Assembly: GCA_031285775.1 (NCBI GenBank)
Contig: JAITVN010000004.1
Span: 391-64,390 of the forward strand
Length of the DNA: 64,000 nucleotides
Source: Streptococcaceae bacterium
GTDB lineage: Bacteria; Bacillota; Bacilli; Lactobacillales; Streptococcaceae
Reading direction: 5' to 3'
Shown here piece after piece: positions 49,467 to 59,700 of this stretch. Within the stretch, counting starts at the first letter, position 1, and the number at the start of each line of letters is the position of its first letter. The notes under the pieces were generated by a model. It was not told the origin of the DNA and ran no database searches. It saw nothing but the letters and a program-made list of their open reading frames with translations. The translations under genes and the position numbers were made by a program.

Positions 49467-50222
49467 TCAGTCTCGCTTGTAATCTCGGGTAGAAGCCTGC
49501 GCTTTCGGAAGAACCATCATTTCAGCCACTTGCACATGTTCTGGACGACTGATCGCGTAATAAATGGCATCAGCGATGTCTTCAGCAGTCAAAGCTTCAA
49601 GTCCAGCATAGGTTTCATCTGATTTTTCCTGATCACCTTTGAAACGAACCAGTGAGAACTCAGTTTCAACAAGGCCAGGTTCAATTTCAGTCACTTTGAT
49701 TCCCTCTTGAAGCAGATCCATGCGCATGGCTTGGCTGATAGCGTCCACAGCGAATTTGCTGGCGTTATAGACATTGCCTTTCGGATAAACTTGCTTGCCT
49801 GCAATCGAGCCGAGATTGACAATGTGTCCATTTCCATTTTTCAGCAGTAATGGTAATACAGCTTTGGACACGTAAAGCAGCCCTTTGACATTGCCGTCAA
49901 TCATGGCATCGAAATCATCGAGATCTGCATCCTGAAAACTGGCTAAACCGTGTGCATCTCCAGCATTATTGACCAAAATGTTAATTGAGTTTTTCCAGCC
50001 ATCAGACAGACTGTCCACAGCTGCAAATACTGCTGCACGATCGCGGACATCGAAATTAAGGGCAGTGACTTTGACTAATTTTGATAACTCTTCTTCCAAT
50101 GCGTCAAGTCGCTCTTGGCGACGTCCTGTAATTACGACATCGATACCATTTTGTGCAAAAAGTCGTGCGGTAGCTTGGCCAATTCCGCTGGTGGCCCCAG
50201 TGATAAATGCTGTTTGTTTCAT
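49467..50222 (-). CDS. SDR oxidoreductase (YdfG-like)
   Basis: TGATSGIG, NNAG, YNASK, EPGLVETEFS. Confidence 0.9.
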   Translation of the reverse strand: MKQTAFITGATSGIGQATARLFAQNGIDVVITGRRQERLDALEEELSKLVKVTALNFDVRDRAAVFAAVDSLSDGWKNSINILVNNAGDAHGLASFQDADLDDFDAMIDGNVKGLLYVSKAVLPLLLKNGNGHIVNLGSIAGKQVYPKGNVYNASKFAVDAISQAMRMDLLQEGIKVTEIEPGLVETEFSLVRFKGDQEKSDETYAGLEALTAEDIADAIYYAISRPEHVQVAEMMVLPKAQASTRDYKRD

Positions 50223-50361
50223 ATATGAAAATCTCCCTTTCTTTTTGAGCTCAGTGCGTCTGAATTTTGAAATCTAGAGAAAGCTGCCAAAGGTCGAAAT
50301 CTCTGCTTTTCATATTTCTCTGATAAGTGAAATTCTTGGCAGGCGCGCTTCACACCTTCTG

Positions 50362-50712
50362 CTATAAAGTTTTATACTTATCTTCCTTGTAGCCTATTTG
50401 AATTAATTCGCCGTCCTTGACAATCAGCGGGCGCTTGATGAGCATGCCGTCAGACGCGAGAATCTGCGCGGCTTCCTGAACACTCATACTCGCCACTTTG
50501 TCTTTCAAGCCGAGTTCACGGTATTTCATCCCACTGCTATTGAAAAACTTGCGCATTTCAAAGTTGCCTGCAGATAGCCATTTTGTCAGCAGTTCAGCTG
50601 ATGGCGGCGTTTTTATCATGTCAACGGCTTGATAGCTGACATGCTGAGAATCCAGCTGAGCCTTTGCCTTTCGGCAAGTGGAACATTTTGGATACCAGTA
50701 AAAATCGTACAT
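50362..50712 (-). CDS. ArsC/Spx family protein
   Basis: CSTCRKA, DGMLIKRP. Confidence 0.88.
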   Translation of the reverse strand: MYDFYWYPKCSTCRKAKAQLDSQHVSYQAVDMIKTPPSAELLTKWLSAGNFEMRKFFNSSGMKYRELGLKDKVASMSVQEAAQILASDGMLIKRPLIVKDGELIQIGYKEDKYKTL

Positions 50713-50736
50713 TCTTCATTCTCCTTTTCTTGAACG

Positions 50737-51396
50737 TCACTTTGACCAGTCTATCGGACTTTGTCCATTTTCTTCTAAGAATTTATTGGCTTTGACGAAA
50801 TGATCACAACCAAAGAAGCCTCGGCTGGCAGACAGGGGAGATGGATGCGGGGCTTCGAGAACGAGATGTCTGGCTGCATTGATAAGGCTGGCCTTTTTCC
50901 GTGCAAAGCCGCCCCAAAGCAGGAAGACTTTCGGCCGCTCATCATCGGAGGCAATTTTTATCAGCTCGTCCGTCAAAGGTTCCCAAATCTTGCCGGCATG
51001 CGCATTTGACGCATTTTCGGGCACTGTCAACACAGCATTCAACAACAAAACGCCTTGCTCAGCCCATGCTGTCAGGTCGCTGTCCTCTTTCTTGAAGCCT
51101 TCATTGGCCAACTCTTTTTGCATGTTGACAATTGAGTCAGCCCGTGTCACTTTAAAACTATCCGGGTAGGAGAAGGCCAGGCCTTGGGCTTTACCGGGCT
51201 GAGGGTAGGGATCCTGACCAACGATGACCACCTTGGTATCTGCGAGGCTCGTCAACTCAATCGCGGCAAAGATTTTGTCCTCAGCTGGATAAATGCGTCC
51301 TTTGTGGTAAACCTCGTTGACGAAATTTATCATATCTGAGAAGTACTCTTTTGACAAGCGTTCACGCAGCGGGGCGGACCAATCCGTTTTCTTCAT
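50737..51396 (-). CDS. ung: uracil-DNA glycosylase
   Basis: GQDPY, GVLLLN, HPSPLS. Confidence 0.95.
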   Translation of the reverse strand: MKKTDWSAPLRERLSKEYFSDMINFVNEVYHKGRIYPAEDKIFAAIELTSLADTKVVIVGQDPYPQPGKAQGLAFSYPDSFKVTRADSIVNMQKELANEGFKKEDSDLTAWAEQGVLLLNAVLTVPENASNAHAGKIWEPLTDELIKIASDDERPKVFLLWGGFARKKASLINAARHLVLEAPHPSPLSASRGFFGCDHFVKANKFLEENGQSPIDWSK

Positions 51397-51494
51397 AGAT
51401 TTATTATATAACAAATCTCATTCGCCAGCGATTTTTTTATTCCTCAATTCTGGAAACAAAAAAGCACGCGAGTCTTAGAATGCTTTCGGATGAT

Positions 51495-51929
51495 TTATTT
51501 TGGGAAGCCGCCAATATAAAATGCGAGCATAGGACTCAGAAAAATTACGAGATAAATAATTGAAATCCAGGGCTGATAATCGATGTAGAATTCGCGAAAT
51601 GTCATTGACCAGGGATGCTTAATGGCGACCCAGCCAAAAAAATCGATAGCTGCAGTGATGAGCAGCCAAACCAGTCCGACAGCAATTGCAAGACCTAAAC
51701 TGACCTTACCCAGCTGAGAAAAATAAAGCCAGGCAAAAAACGGAAAGACGAATAAATTATACAGGGGATGCCAGGGACGTGTGCGCTCATAGCCTTCGCC
51801 CATGCTGTGTTCATCCATTCCTTTCATCTTTAAAACATAGATGTTGAAAGTTGTGTGTAAAACGCCGATTATCGTGGCAACTAAATAGGCTCCGAAAAAG
51901 CAGAGAGTCAGCTATAATAAATTTTTCAC
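51495..51929 (-). pseudogene. small membrane protein with premature stop
   Basis: RBS GAGGG plus GTG at 51929, in-frame TAG at codon 6 (51912-51914), then a hydrophobic frame running into 51495..51827. Confidence 0.6.
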
Positions 51930-51948
51930 TAATTTTCCCTCTGGTCTC

Positions 51949-52578
51949 TCATATTTTTTTCACATACTGCCTGATCACAGTTTTCAACTTCTCCGGCGCG
52001 GTTTTATTAAAATCATTGAGATAAATCTCGCGATGATGAAAATCTCCGCAGAAAGATTCCTGGTAGCCCTTTTCTTCAGCAAAGGCATTGATTTTGGAAA
52101 ATGTCGCAGGCTCATCATCGAAGCTGCCGATGTGCATCGCCTGTACGCAAAGCCCATCCGTCCAGGATTCAAATTTCAGCTCAGTCATATTAAGCTTTTT
52201 CTTTGCTTCGGCTTTAGCTCTTGCCCAATCAACAACCTCAGCTGTGACAAATCCAGGCATTCGCAGCATCAGCTTCCAGATGAAATCAGATTTTTTGAAC
52301 ATGCCATTTTCATCAGATTCAGTCCTGCTTGTCCAAAGTCCTTCCAATGGCGGCACGACAAAAGGCTGAAATCCTGGGATCGCATCGTCGCTTTTATAGC
52401 TCATCGAAATTGTATAAGCTGTCGCAAACAGCTTTCCAATCGCCTCGGAAAAGCCCTCTGAAGACGGTGCGCCTTCGCCGTCAATTGTCAGAAAACGCAT
52501 TTCCGGAACATCAATCAAGGCAATTTTTTTCGGCTGATAGAATTCTCTCTCAATTTTTTTGAAATCTAATTTTTCCAT
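51949..52578 (-). CDS. GyrI-like small-molecule-binding protein
   Basis: VPPLEGLW, CVQAMHIGSFDDE, HHREIYL. Confidence 0.85.
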   Translation of the reverse strand: MEKLDFKKIEREFYQPKKIALIDVPEMRFLTIDGEGAPSSEGFSEAIGKLFATAYTISMSYKSDDAIPGFQPFVVPPLEGLWTSRTESDENGMFKKSDFIWKLMLRMPGFVTAEVVDWARAKAEAKKKLNMTELKFESWTDGLCVQAMHIGSFDDEPATFSKINAFAEEKGYQESFCGDFHHREIYLNDFNKTAPEKLKTVIRQYVKKI

Positions 52579-52727
52579 GATTTTATTTTATCATTTTTGA
52601 GCGAATTTGACATCTGTAAATTTCAGATTGAGATTTTGTCATGAATAATTTGCTGTTTCCTTTAATATTTATCCCACCTCCTCCGTGCAAAAGAGTCCGG
52701 AAGAATTCGGGCAAGAATTGACAAGGG

Positions 52728-52882
52728 CAAGCGTGATCGAACCTCACAGTCAGGGAAATAGGAACCCAAGGACTTGAAGCCCACGAAGGAAGTTTCGATA
52801 TAAGGCGTGATGCTCGAGTGGCGGTTAGCAATCATCTCGGAAAAACCATACACAAAATAAGAATCCGCTTCGTCACATAGTT
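52728..52882 (-). ncRNA. ssrS: 6S RNA-like
   Basis: Ends pair (GTGACGAAGC/GGTTCGATCAC); GCATCACGCCTTAT, GAAACTTC and GGGCTTCAAG resemble Lactobacillales 6S as recalled; boundaries and strand approximate. Confidence 0.55.
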
Positions 52883-52904
52883 TTTTTGAACCGCCTATCT
52901 AAAA

Positions 52905-52940
52905 GAAAAATCCTTGCAATCAGCTGACAGCAAGGATTTC
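52905..52940 (-). terminator. terminator of the deoC-PTS operon
   Basis: AAATCCTTGC...GCAAGGATTT plus U tract on - strand. Confidence 0.7.
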
Positions 52941-52956
52941 CATATTCATTCAGAGA

Positions 52957-54000
52957 TCAATCAAACACAATCACATTTTTCATCCCGATAGCATCACGCG
53001 CATTCTTCAGCGCTGCGTTAAAATCCTCAATAGAAAAACGTTCACTGATAAGCCCTTTAAGCGACATACGCCCACTCGCGACAAGCGCCGCACTGCTCCG
53101 ATAATTCGTCAGACTCGCACCTGTACAGCCGTAAACGCCCAGCTGCTTGTAATGGAGAATGTTCGTGTCCAGCGAAACGGTGCTATTGCCCTTAGGCAGA
53201 CCGCCGAAGAAGAGCACGCGCCCGCGAGTCGCCATATAATCGAAACTGGCTTCCTGCGCCTGAGGAGCCGGCGCCGCCACGATACAAAGGTTGACACCCT
53301 GTCCATTTGTGACTTCGTCAAGTTTTTCTTTTAGATTCTCGCTTGTCAGGGTAATCAACCCCTCAACTAGTGAGCGCGCCGTGCCTAAACGCTCCGCCGA
53401 CAAATCATTCATGATCACCTGACCCGCCCCACGCGAATAAGCCAGCATGGCATGCATGATACCAATCGGACCAGCACCAATAATCAGCACTGTCTCAGCG
53501 GTTACATCAGCTGTCAGCATTTGCCCATTGTAGACACAACTGAAAGGCTCAATCAAAGCAGCTTCCTCAAAGGAGAGCGCATCTGGAATCACAGTGATAT
53601 TCCCCTGGCGTACGCCCTTCTCAGGAACGACCAAGTACTCCGCAAATCCGCCCGGCAGGCTAATTCCGAAAGCCGTGTAATTCGGGCAGAGTTGCGTATT
53701 TCCGCTAACACACTGGTCGCAGACCCCGCAGCCCATGTTCGGCGCAATTGCCACGCGCATGCCAGCCTCATAAAAATCAACCTCAGCGCCGACTTCTACA
53801 ATCTCACCTGCGATTTCATGTCCCAGAGTCAAAGGCGTCTCTTCACTCACGCCAGGATAGCCGTTCTTGTACATCCGCACGTCTGTCCCACAGATCGAAG
53901 CAGCTTTTATCTTAACCAGAACTTCGCCGTTAGCTATTGTTGGCTTCTCAACTTCTGCAATTCTGATTTTCTCTTTGCCTAGTAATTGTACAGCTTTCAC
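52957..54000 (-). CDS. Zn-dependent polyol/sugar dehydrogenase (MDR)
   Basis: ICGTD, GHE, CGVCDQCVSGNTQLC, GAGPIG. Confidence 0.9.
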   Translation of the reverse strand: MKAVQLLGKEKIRIAEVEKPTIANGEVLVKIKAASICGTDVRMYKNGYPGVSEETPLTLGHEIAGEIVEVGAEVDFYEAGMRVAIAPNMGCGVCDQCVSGNTQLCPNYTAFGISLPGGFAEYLVVPEKGVRQGNITVIPDALSFEEAALIEPFSCVYNGQMLTADVTAETVLIIGAGPIGIMHAMLAYSRGAGQVIMNDLSAERLGTARSLVEGLITLTSENLKEKLDEVTNGQGVNLCIVAAPAPQAQEASFDYMATRGRVLFFGGLPKGNSTVSLDTNILHYKQLGVYGCTGASLTNYRSSAALVASGRMSLKGLISERFSIEDFNAALKNARDAIGMKNVIVFD

Positions 54001-55025
54001 GCAAGTTCCTCCGCTTTAACGATTCTATTTTCCTGCAAGGATTTAAGTCCCATATTCACATTTTTCACTGCCATCAGCCCATCAAATCCTGTGCACTCAG
54101 TTTCAGTGTCATTGAGAATACTGTCCACAAAGGCCTGCTCTTCCGCCACATAAGCTTCTCTAAAGAGATAAGTCCAGCTGTGCATGGCAGGTCTTGAAAT
54201 TTGTCCGTCCGGATGCGCCACAACCAGCTTGTGCTTGCTTTGATCGCCGATCAAGATGCTGCCTTTGGTACCCAGAATCTCCACACGTGCGTCATAGCCG
54301 TATTGCACGTATTGTGCGCCGTCTACCATGCCGATTTTCCCGTCGTCAAATGTCACCGTCATAGCAACCGTGTCATAAAAATCTGGGAAATCTTCCTTCG
54401 CTTCAGGAGAGCGATAGTTGCCGCCTACCGCATAAATCGAAGCAATTTCACGTCCCGTCAGCCACCTTAACGTGTCCAGATCATGGCTATTGACCTCGCC
54501 AATGGGTCCATTGCTTTTCGAGATGTCAAACATCCAAGGTTTGGGCTTGCTCGGACCGTGCGTTAATGATTTGACCAGTACAACATCGCCGATTTCGCCC
54601 GATTCAATGACTTTTTTAGCCTCAATAAAGCTCTCATCAAAGCGGCGCATGAAGCCGACCTGCAGTTTCACCTGATTTTCTTCAGCTGCATCGATCATTT
54701 CCTGGCATTCTGCCTCATTCATCGCCAGCGGTTTCTCGCAGAAAATGTGCTTCTTAGCCGCTGCCGCTGCCAGTGCGATTTCCCTGTGATAAATGGTCGG
54801 GGTCACGATGATGACGGCATCAATCTCAGGATTTGCCATGACTTCACGGTAATCTTGGTAGGTATGTTCAGCCTGCAACTCGTCTTGTGCCGCCTGTAGG
54901 TTTTCTGGGCTGGGATCACAAAGTGCTGTGAGACGCGCATTGGCGATTTTTTTTGCAAAGTTTCTGCCGTGAATCATGCCCGCTCGGCCTGTGCCGATGA
55001 GACAGAAATTTACTATTTTCTCCAT
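53997..55025 (-). CDS. Gfo/Idh/MocA dehydrogenase (IolG-like)
   Basis: GTGRAG, CEKPLA, GFMRRFD, HDLD. Confidence 0.88.
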   Translation of the reverse strand: MEKIVNFCLIGTGRAGMIHGRNFAKKIANARLTALCDPSPENLQAAQDELQAEHTYQDYREVMANPEIDAVIIVTPTIYHREIALAAAAAKKHIFCEKPLAMNEAECQEMIDAAEENQVKLQVGFMRRFDESFIEAKKVIESGEIGDVVLVKSLTHGPSKPKPWMFDISKSNGPIGEVNSHDLDTLRWLTGREIASIYAVGGNYRSPEAKEDFPDFYDTVAMTVTFDDGKIGMVDGAQYVQYGYDARVEILGTKGSILIGDQSKHKLVVAHPDGQISRPAMHSWTYLFREAYVAEEQAFVDSILNDTETECTGFDGLMAVKNVNMGLKSLQENRIVKAEELA

Positions 55026-56467
55026 TAATCTTCCTCTACTAAAGCACGCGCGAGTGCTGGTTCTCTTTGAGTTGGAGCGCTTTCAGTCGCTACTTGCTTT
55101 GAACTGGCCATTTTAATTGCTGTGACCAAGAAGCCGCTCACAGCCGTACCGATTACCAGAGCTAACACATAAAGCAGAACATTGGTTACCGCCCCAGGAA
55201 TCAGGAAGACGAAGAAACCACCGTGTGGGACTGCAATGCCGCAGTTAAAGAGCATGGACAGTGCGCCAGTAATGGCTGAGCCCACTGTCACTGAAAGGAG
55301 CACACGGATCGGGTCGGCCGCCGCAAATGGGATGGCGCCCTCTGAGATGAAGGAGAGACCCAGTACCCAAGCGGATTTGCCAGCTTCACGCTCTTCTTGG
55401 GTGTAGAGTTTTTTGCCGATGATGGTCGAGGACAATGCCATCGCAAGCGGCGGCACCATGCCTGAAATCATGACCGCAGCCATAATCGTGCTGGTCTGTC
55501 CAGTCGCCAGGTTTGTCAGCGAAGCCACACCGAAGAAATAAGCTGCTTTGCCGATAGGACCTGCCAGGTCAATGGCCATCATGGCACCCAGAATCAGACC
55601 CAGGAGGATTGAGTTTATACCAGTCAGGCCGTTCAACCAGCCGGTAATGCCTTTGTTGAGTGCTGTAATCGGTGTCCCAATCACGAATTTCATGATCAGA
55701 CCGTCGGCTAATACTGAAATAACTGGAATAATGAGGACAGGTAGAAGACCAGAGAATGCTGCAGGCAACTTCAAGACTTTTTTCAGTCCTAAAACGGTGT
55801 AGCCGGCAAGGAAACCACCGAGGAGCGCACCTAGGAAGCCGGCATTCATCGTTGACGCCAGCATTCCTACCAGCATACCCGGCACCAGTCCTGGACGGTC
55901 AGCGATTGAGAAAGCCACGTAACCGCCTAGAATCGGCCACATCAGACCCATAGCGATACCGCCCAGCTCTTTGATGGACGCGGCGATGTCGCCCTGAGCA
56001 TTGATACCGCCGAAAGCGAAAGCCAGTGCGATACAGATACCACCTGCTACGACGAATGGAATCATGTAGGAAACGCCTGTCATCAGGTGAGAATAGATGC
56101 CGCCTGCTGTCTTCTTTGATTTGACATCCGTGCTTGTGCTTGAGACCGCGCTGCCAGACTGATAAATCGGCGACTTCACTGCATTGGTCAGTAAGTCGTC
56201 TGGATGATCAATCGCTTGTGTAATGTCTGCTTCCAGCAAATGCTTGCCGACAAAACGCTCTTTATTCACACTGGTGCTGGCTGCGATAATGACAGCGTCT
56301 GCAGCCACTATTTCTGCATCTGTCAGCACATTTTCCGCACCGATTGAGCCTTGCGTCTCCACCTTGATTTCGATGCCGCGCTTCTTAGCGGCCATCTCCA
56401 GATGTTCTGCCCCCATATAAGTGTGGGCGATGCCTGTCGAACAGGATGTGATTGCAACAATTTTCAT
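55025..56467 (-). CDS. PTS fructose-family EIIBC
   Basis: CSTGIAHTYM, ETQGSIG, HLMTGVSYMIP, ISEGAIPF. Confidence 0.92.
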   Translation of the reverse strand: MKIVAITSCSTGIAHTYMGAEHLEMAAKKRGIEIKVETQGSIGAENVLTDAEIVAADAVIIAASTSVNKERFVGKHLLEADITQAIDHPDDLLTNAVKSPIYQSGSAVSSTSTDVKSKKTAGGIYSHLMTGVSYMIPFVVAGGICIALAFAFGGINAQGDIAASIKELGGIAMGLMWPILGGYVAFSIADRPGLVPGMLVGMLASTMNAGFLGALLGGFLAGYTVLGLKKVLKLPAAFSGLLPVLIIPVISVLADGLIMKFVIGTPITALNKGITGWLNGLTGINSILLGLILGAMMAIDLAGPIGKAAYFFGVASLTNLATGQTSTIMAAVMISGMVPPLAMALSSTIIGKKLYTQEEREAGKSAWVLGLSFISEGAIPFAAADPIRVLLSVTVGSAITGALSMLFNCGIAVPHGGFFVFLIPGAVTNVLLYVLALVIGTAVSGFLVTAIKMASSKQVATESAPTQREPALARALVEED

Positions 56468-56485
56468 AGGTTGTCTCTCCCATAT

Positions 56486-56935
56486 TTATTGATCAAAAAT
56501 GTTATAAAGTGCTGTTGCTGTATCCGCATTCATGAGAGCCTCTCGCACCTCCTCATGCATTAACTTACGAGCGAGCTGGCTCAAAATCCTGAGGTGCTCG
56601 TCATTTGAGCTTTCTGGGACGGCAATAAGAAACATTAAATGCACAGGCTGTCCATCCATTGAGTCCCATGAGATACCTGCCTGACTTCTAGCAAAAGCTA
56701 GTGAAGCCTCCTTTACACCTGCACTTTTTCCATGAGGAATCGCCACCCCAAAACCGATGCCGGTGGTGCTTTCCTCTTCACGACGCATTACCGCCCGGAG
56801 ATACTCGTCCTTATTTGTCAGAATGTCTGCGTCGTTAAATAGCTCTGCGAGTTCATTGATAGCTGCTTCTTTTTCCGTTGCCGCCAAATCAAATTTTATA
56901 TAATTTTCCTTCAATATTTTTTGAATATCTGCCAT
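56486..56935 (-). CDS. PTS fructose-family EIIA
   Basis: REEESTTGIGFGVAIPHG. Confidence 0.92.
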   Translation of the reverse strand: MADIQKILKENYIKFDLAATEKEAAINELAELFNDADILTNKDEYLRAVMRREEESTTGIGFGVAIPHGKSAGVKEASLAFARSQAGISWDSMDGQPVHLMFLIAVPESSNDEHLRILSQLARKLMHEEVREALMNADTATALYNIFDQ

Positions 56936-57627
56936 TAGGAATCTCCAAACTTGTCTTTATACTCGCTGACAATCTTAATCCCTGAACTCGTGCCTAAGCG
57001 CTCTGCGCCAGCTTCAACCATGTTCAGCGCCGTTTCCAAATTACGAATGCCGCCAGCCGCTTTAACCTTAACTGCGTCACCAACTGTCTGCTTCATCAGG
57101 CGCACATCCTCAAGCGTTGCACCGCCAGTACCAAAACCAGTTGAAGTTTTCACAAAGTCAGGTTTTACCTCACGCGCAATTTCACAAACCTGAACCTTCT
57201 CCTCGTCCGTCAGGTAACAGTTTTCCAGAATGACCTTGCTCAGAATCTTGCCTTCGCGCGCTGCAGATACAATCTCAGTCATCTCTCGGCGGATATAAGC
57301 CAAGTCTCCGTCTTTCAAGCGCCCGACATTAATGACATAATCAATCTCATCGGCACCATCAGCAATTGACTGCTTGACCTCATGCACCTTATTCTCAATC
57401 GTCGTCTGCCCCAGCGGGAAGCCGATGGCAGCACCGACATGGACAGGGCTGTCTTTCAAGAACTGACGGCACATTGCCACTGGAAATGAATTAATCGCCA
57501 CCATCTTGAAGCCGTAGCTGTCAGCTTCTTCACAGAGTTTCGCAAACTCTTCCTTTTTTGCATCTGCCCGCAGTAAGGTATGGTCAACCATTCCAGCAAG
57601 TTCTTTGAGTGTGATGTTTTCAGTCAT
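56935..57627 (-). CDS. deoC: deoxyribose-phosphate aldolase family
   Basis: DHTLL, GFPLG, DFVKTSTGF, KAAGGIR, RLGTS. Confidence 0.9.
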   Translation of the reverse strand: MTENITLKELAGMVDHTLLRADAKKEEFAKLCEEADSYGFKMVAINSFPVAMCRQFLKDSPVHVGAAIGFPLGQTTIENKVHEVKQSIADGADEIDYVINVGRLKDGDLAYIRREMTEIVSAAREGKILSKVILENCYLTDEEKVQVCEIAREVKPDFVKTSTGFGTGGATLEDVRLMKQTVGDAVKVKAAGGIRNLETALNMVEAGAERLGTSSGIKIVSEYKDKFGDS

Positions 57628-57688
57628 TTTTATTTTCCTTCATTTCTTTTTTGTTTGTGTTTGTATTCTATCATTTATTTTCGTTTAG

Positions 57689-57703
57689 TGCAAGCGTTTT
57701 ACA
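57689..57703. promoter_or_regulatory. cre-like site
   Basis: TGTAAAACGCTTGCA on - strand upstream of deoC. Confidence 0.5.
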
Positions 57704-57748
57704 TGAAAAGTGTATAAAAAAAACAAATGAATATTTACATTTGCCTCA

Positions 57749-58525
57749 TTATGCTTTAATAACGTTGATATGACGCCGTTTCAGCTTTTGAATTTCTACA
57801 CTGCTGGCAAGCGAATCAGTAATCAGATATTCACACTCTCCAGGATCCGCAAACTGTTTAAAGCAGCGCTGATTCAGCTTATCCGAATCACAGAGTGCAA
57901 TTGCCACCCGCCCGATATCAATCAGCGACTTTTTGATCTCTGCCGTTTCAAAATGCGGCGTCGAATAGCCGTAAATCGCATCAAATCCCGTCGTTCCAAT
58001 AATTGACTTATCAACCGAGAAACTGCTGATTCGAAGCGTTAATGAACTCCCGGAGACATAGGGATAGCCGTTTCGAATCATGCCGCCCAGCACCATGACT
58101 TGAAAATTCTTATTCTCACTCAGTAGCAGTCCAATTTCCAAATCAAAAGTCAGAATTGTCAAATTCTTAAACTGGCTCTCAAGCAGCTTTTCGGCAAAAG
58201 CCATGCAGGTAGTGCCTGTATCAACTGCTAAAATATCATTGTCATCAATCAGCTCTAACGCCTTTTCAGCAATTTCGTACTTCTGTCTTGTTAACTCACG
58301 TTCAACTGGCGTAACCTCTAAACTGCGCTGGTAATTCTTTTTAATGACGCCGCCATGCGTTCGCTTAACGAGCCCCTCGCCTTCTAGTTCGCGCAAATCA
58401 TTCCGAATCGTTGACGGCGTAACCTTAAAGAGATCTGCCAGTTCTGAGACTTCCATGCGTTTTTTTTCGTTGACGAGTTCTAAAATTGAACTTTTTCTTT
58501 CTTCAGCATACAATTGATTTTCCAT
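57749..58525 (-). CDS. DeoR/GlpR family regulator
   Basis: TIRNDLRELE, RTHGG, DTGTT. Confidence 0.92.
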   Translation of the reverse strand: MENQLYAEERKSSILELVNEKKRMEVSELADLFKVTPSTIRNDLRELEGEGLVKRTHGGVIKKNYQRSLEVTPVERELTRQKYEIAEKALELIDDNDILAVDTGTTCMAFAEKLLESQFKNLTILTFDLEIGLLLSENKNFQVMVLGGMIRNGYPYVSGSSLTLRISSFSVDKSIIGTTGFDAIYGYSTPHFETAEIKKSLIDIGRVAIALCDSDKLNQRCFKQFADPGECEYLITDSLASSVEIQKLKRRHINVIKA

Positions 58526-58649
58526 TTTATTGCCTCCAAATACTTTTACTTATTTTCATTTTATCAAATTGGTTTTATTTTGCAAGCAAATGAAAATAAA
58601 AACAAATCCAGGCTGATAATGGATTTGTTTTTCCACTTAATTAAACGAT

Positions 58650-59699
58650 TTACTTCAGACGCTTGCTGTCCATATTCTTGTGAAAAGCCGGATCGCTGGC
58701 AATACTCGGATTGATGCCTTTTGCAGTGGAGACCTCATAAGCCAGACACTGCAGCGGAATGATGAATTCCAGCGCTGAGAAATATCGACTGTTGGAAAAT
58801 GCGATGCGGCAGTTTTTGGTAGTTGCTTCTGAATCTGAACTTATCAAATACTGAAAGTCTGTCTTTTTCTCCTGATAATCAATCAGTTTCAGCATTCTCT
58901 CATGATACTTGCTCGCTGGATTTCCGATAAATATCAGCGCAGCGCCTTTATTCACAGCATTGTAAGGTCCGTGCATAAACTCTTCCAGCTCATAGCCAGC
59001 GATTCCTATACGGACGGTTTCCAGCAGTTTCAGACTTCCTTCCATGCAGCTGGCGATTTCATGCTGGTCGCTTACGACTTGAATCACTTCTTTATTGAGA
59101 AGTTCGCTCTTGACTTGTTCTGCCCATTCTACACTTTTTGTGATAATGTCCGGAAGTCCTTGAATCACTGTTTGGAGCTCCTTGTACATGTTTGTTCTTG
59201 AGGAGAGCTCAATGCCCAGCAATGCCAGCGTTACTATAGTTGCAAGGTAGCCTTTTGTTTTGGCAACGGCTTTTTCTTCGCCGCAATCAATCTTTAGGCT
59301 GAGTCCTGCCGCCCTTTCTAGGTCGCTGTCGCTTTCTCCAACAAGGCTGAGGCAGGTATTCCCACGCTCTTTTGCGGCTTCAAGTGCATTGAGGGTTGAC
59401 ACGCTTTCGCCTGTCTGGGAAACAGCGATGAATAAGCTATCTGCACCTGTGCATGTTCTTCCATCAATGAATGCGTTGGAAAACATCGGATATACAGGGA
59501 TGTCCAGAATTTCTTCGAACAAGCGTTTGACGGCAAATCCCGCATGGCAGCTGGTGCCTGAGCCTACGATGTAAATATTCTGCCAGTGGAGAGTCTCAAG
59601 CTTGTCCACGATTGGCTTTAAGAGCGTCAGCCGAGCATCGAATATGTGCTGGAGGATTGCTGGAGCCTCTTCAATGTAATCTCGCATGGTTTTTTCCAT
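58650..59699 (-). CDS. SIS-domain sugar-phosphate isomerase/deaminase (AgaS/FrlB/GlmS-C like)
   Basis: GSGTS, SQTGES, KTKGY, EEFMHGP. Confidence 0.88.
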   Translation of the reverse strand: MEKTMRDYIEEAPAILQHIFDARLTLLKPIVDKLETLHWQNIYIVGSGTSCHAGFAVKRLFEEILDIPVYPMFSNAFIDGRTCTGADSLFIAVSQTGESVSTLNALEAAKERGNTCLSLVGESDSDLERAAGLSLKIDCGEEKAVAKTKGYLATIVTLALLGIELSSRTNMYKELQTVIQGLPDIITKSVEWAEQVKSELLNKEVIQVVSDQHEIASCMEGSLKLLETVRIGIAGYELEEFMHGPYNAVNKGAALIFIGNPASKYHERMLKLIDYQEKKTDFQYLISSDSEATTKNCRIAFSNSRYFSALEFIIPLQCLAYEVSTAKGINPSIASDPAFHKNMDSKRLK

Positions 59700-59700
59700 T

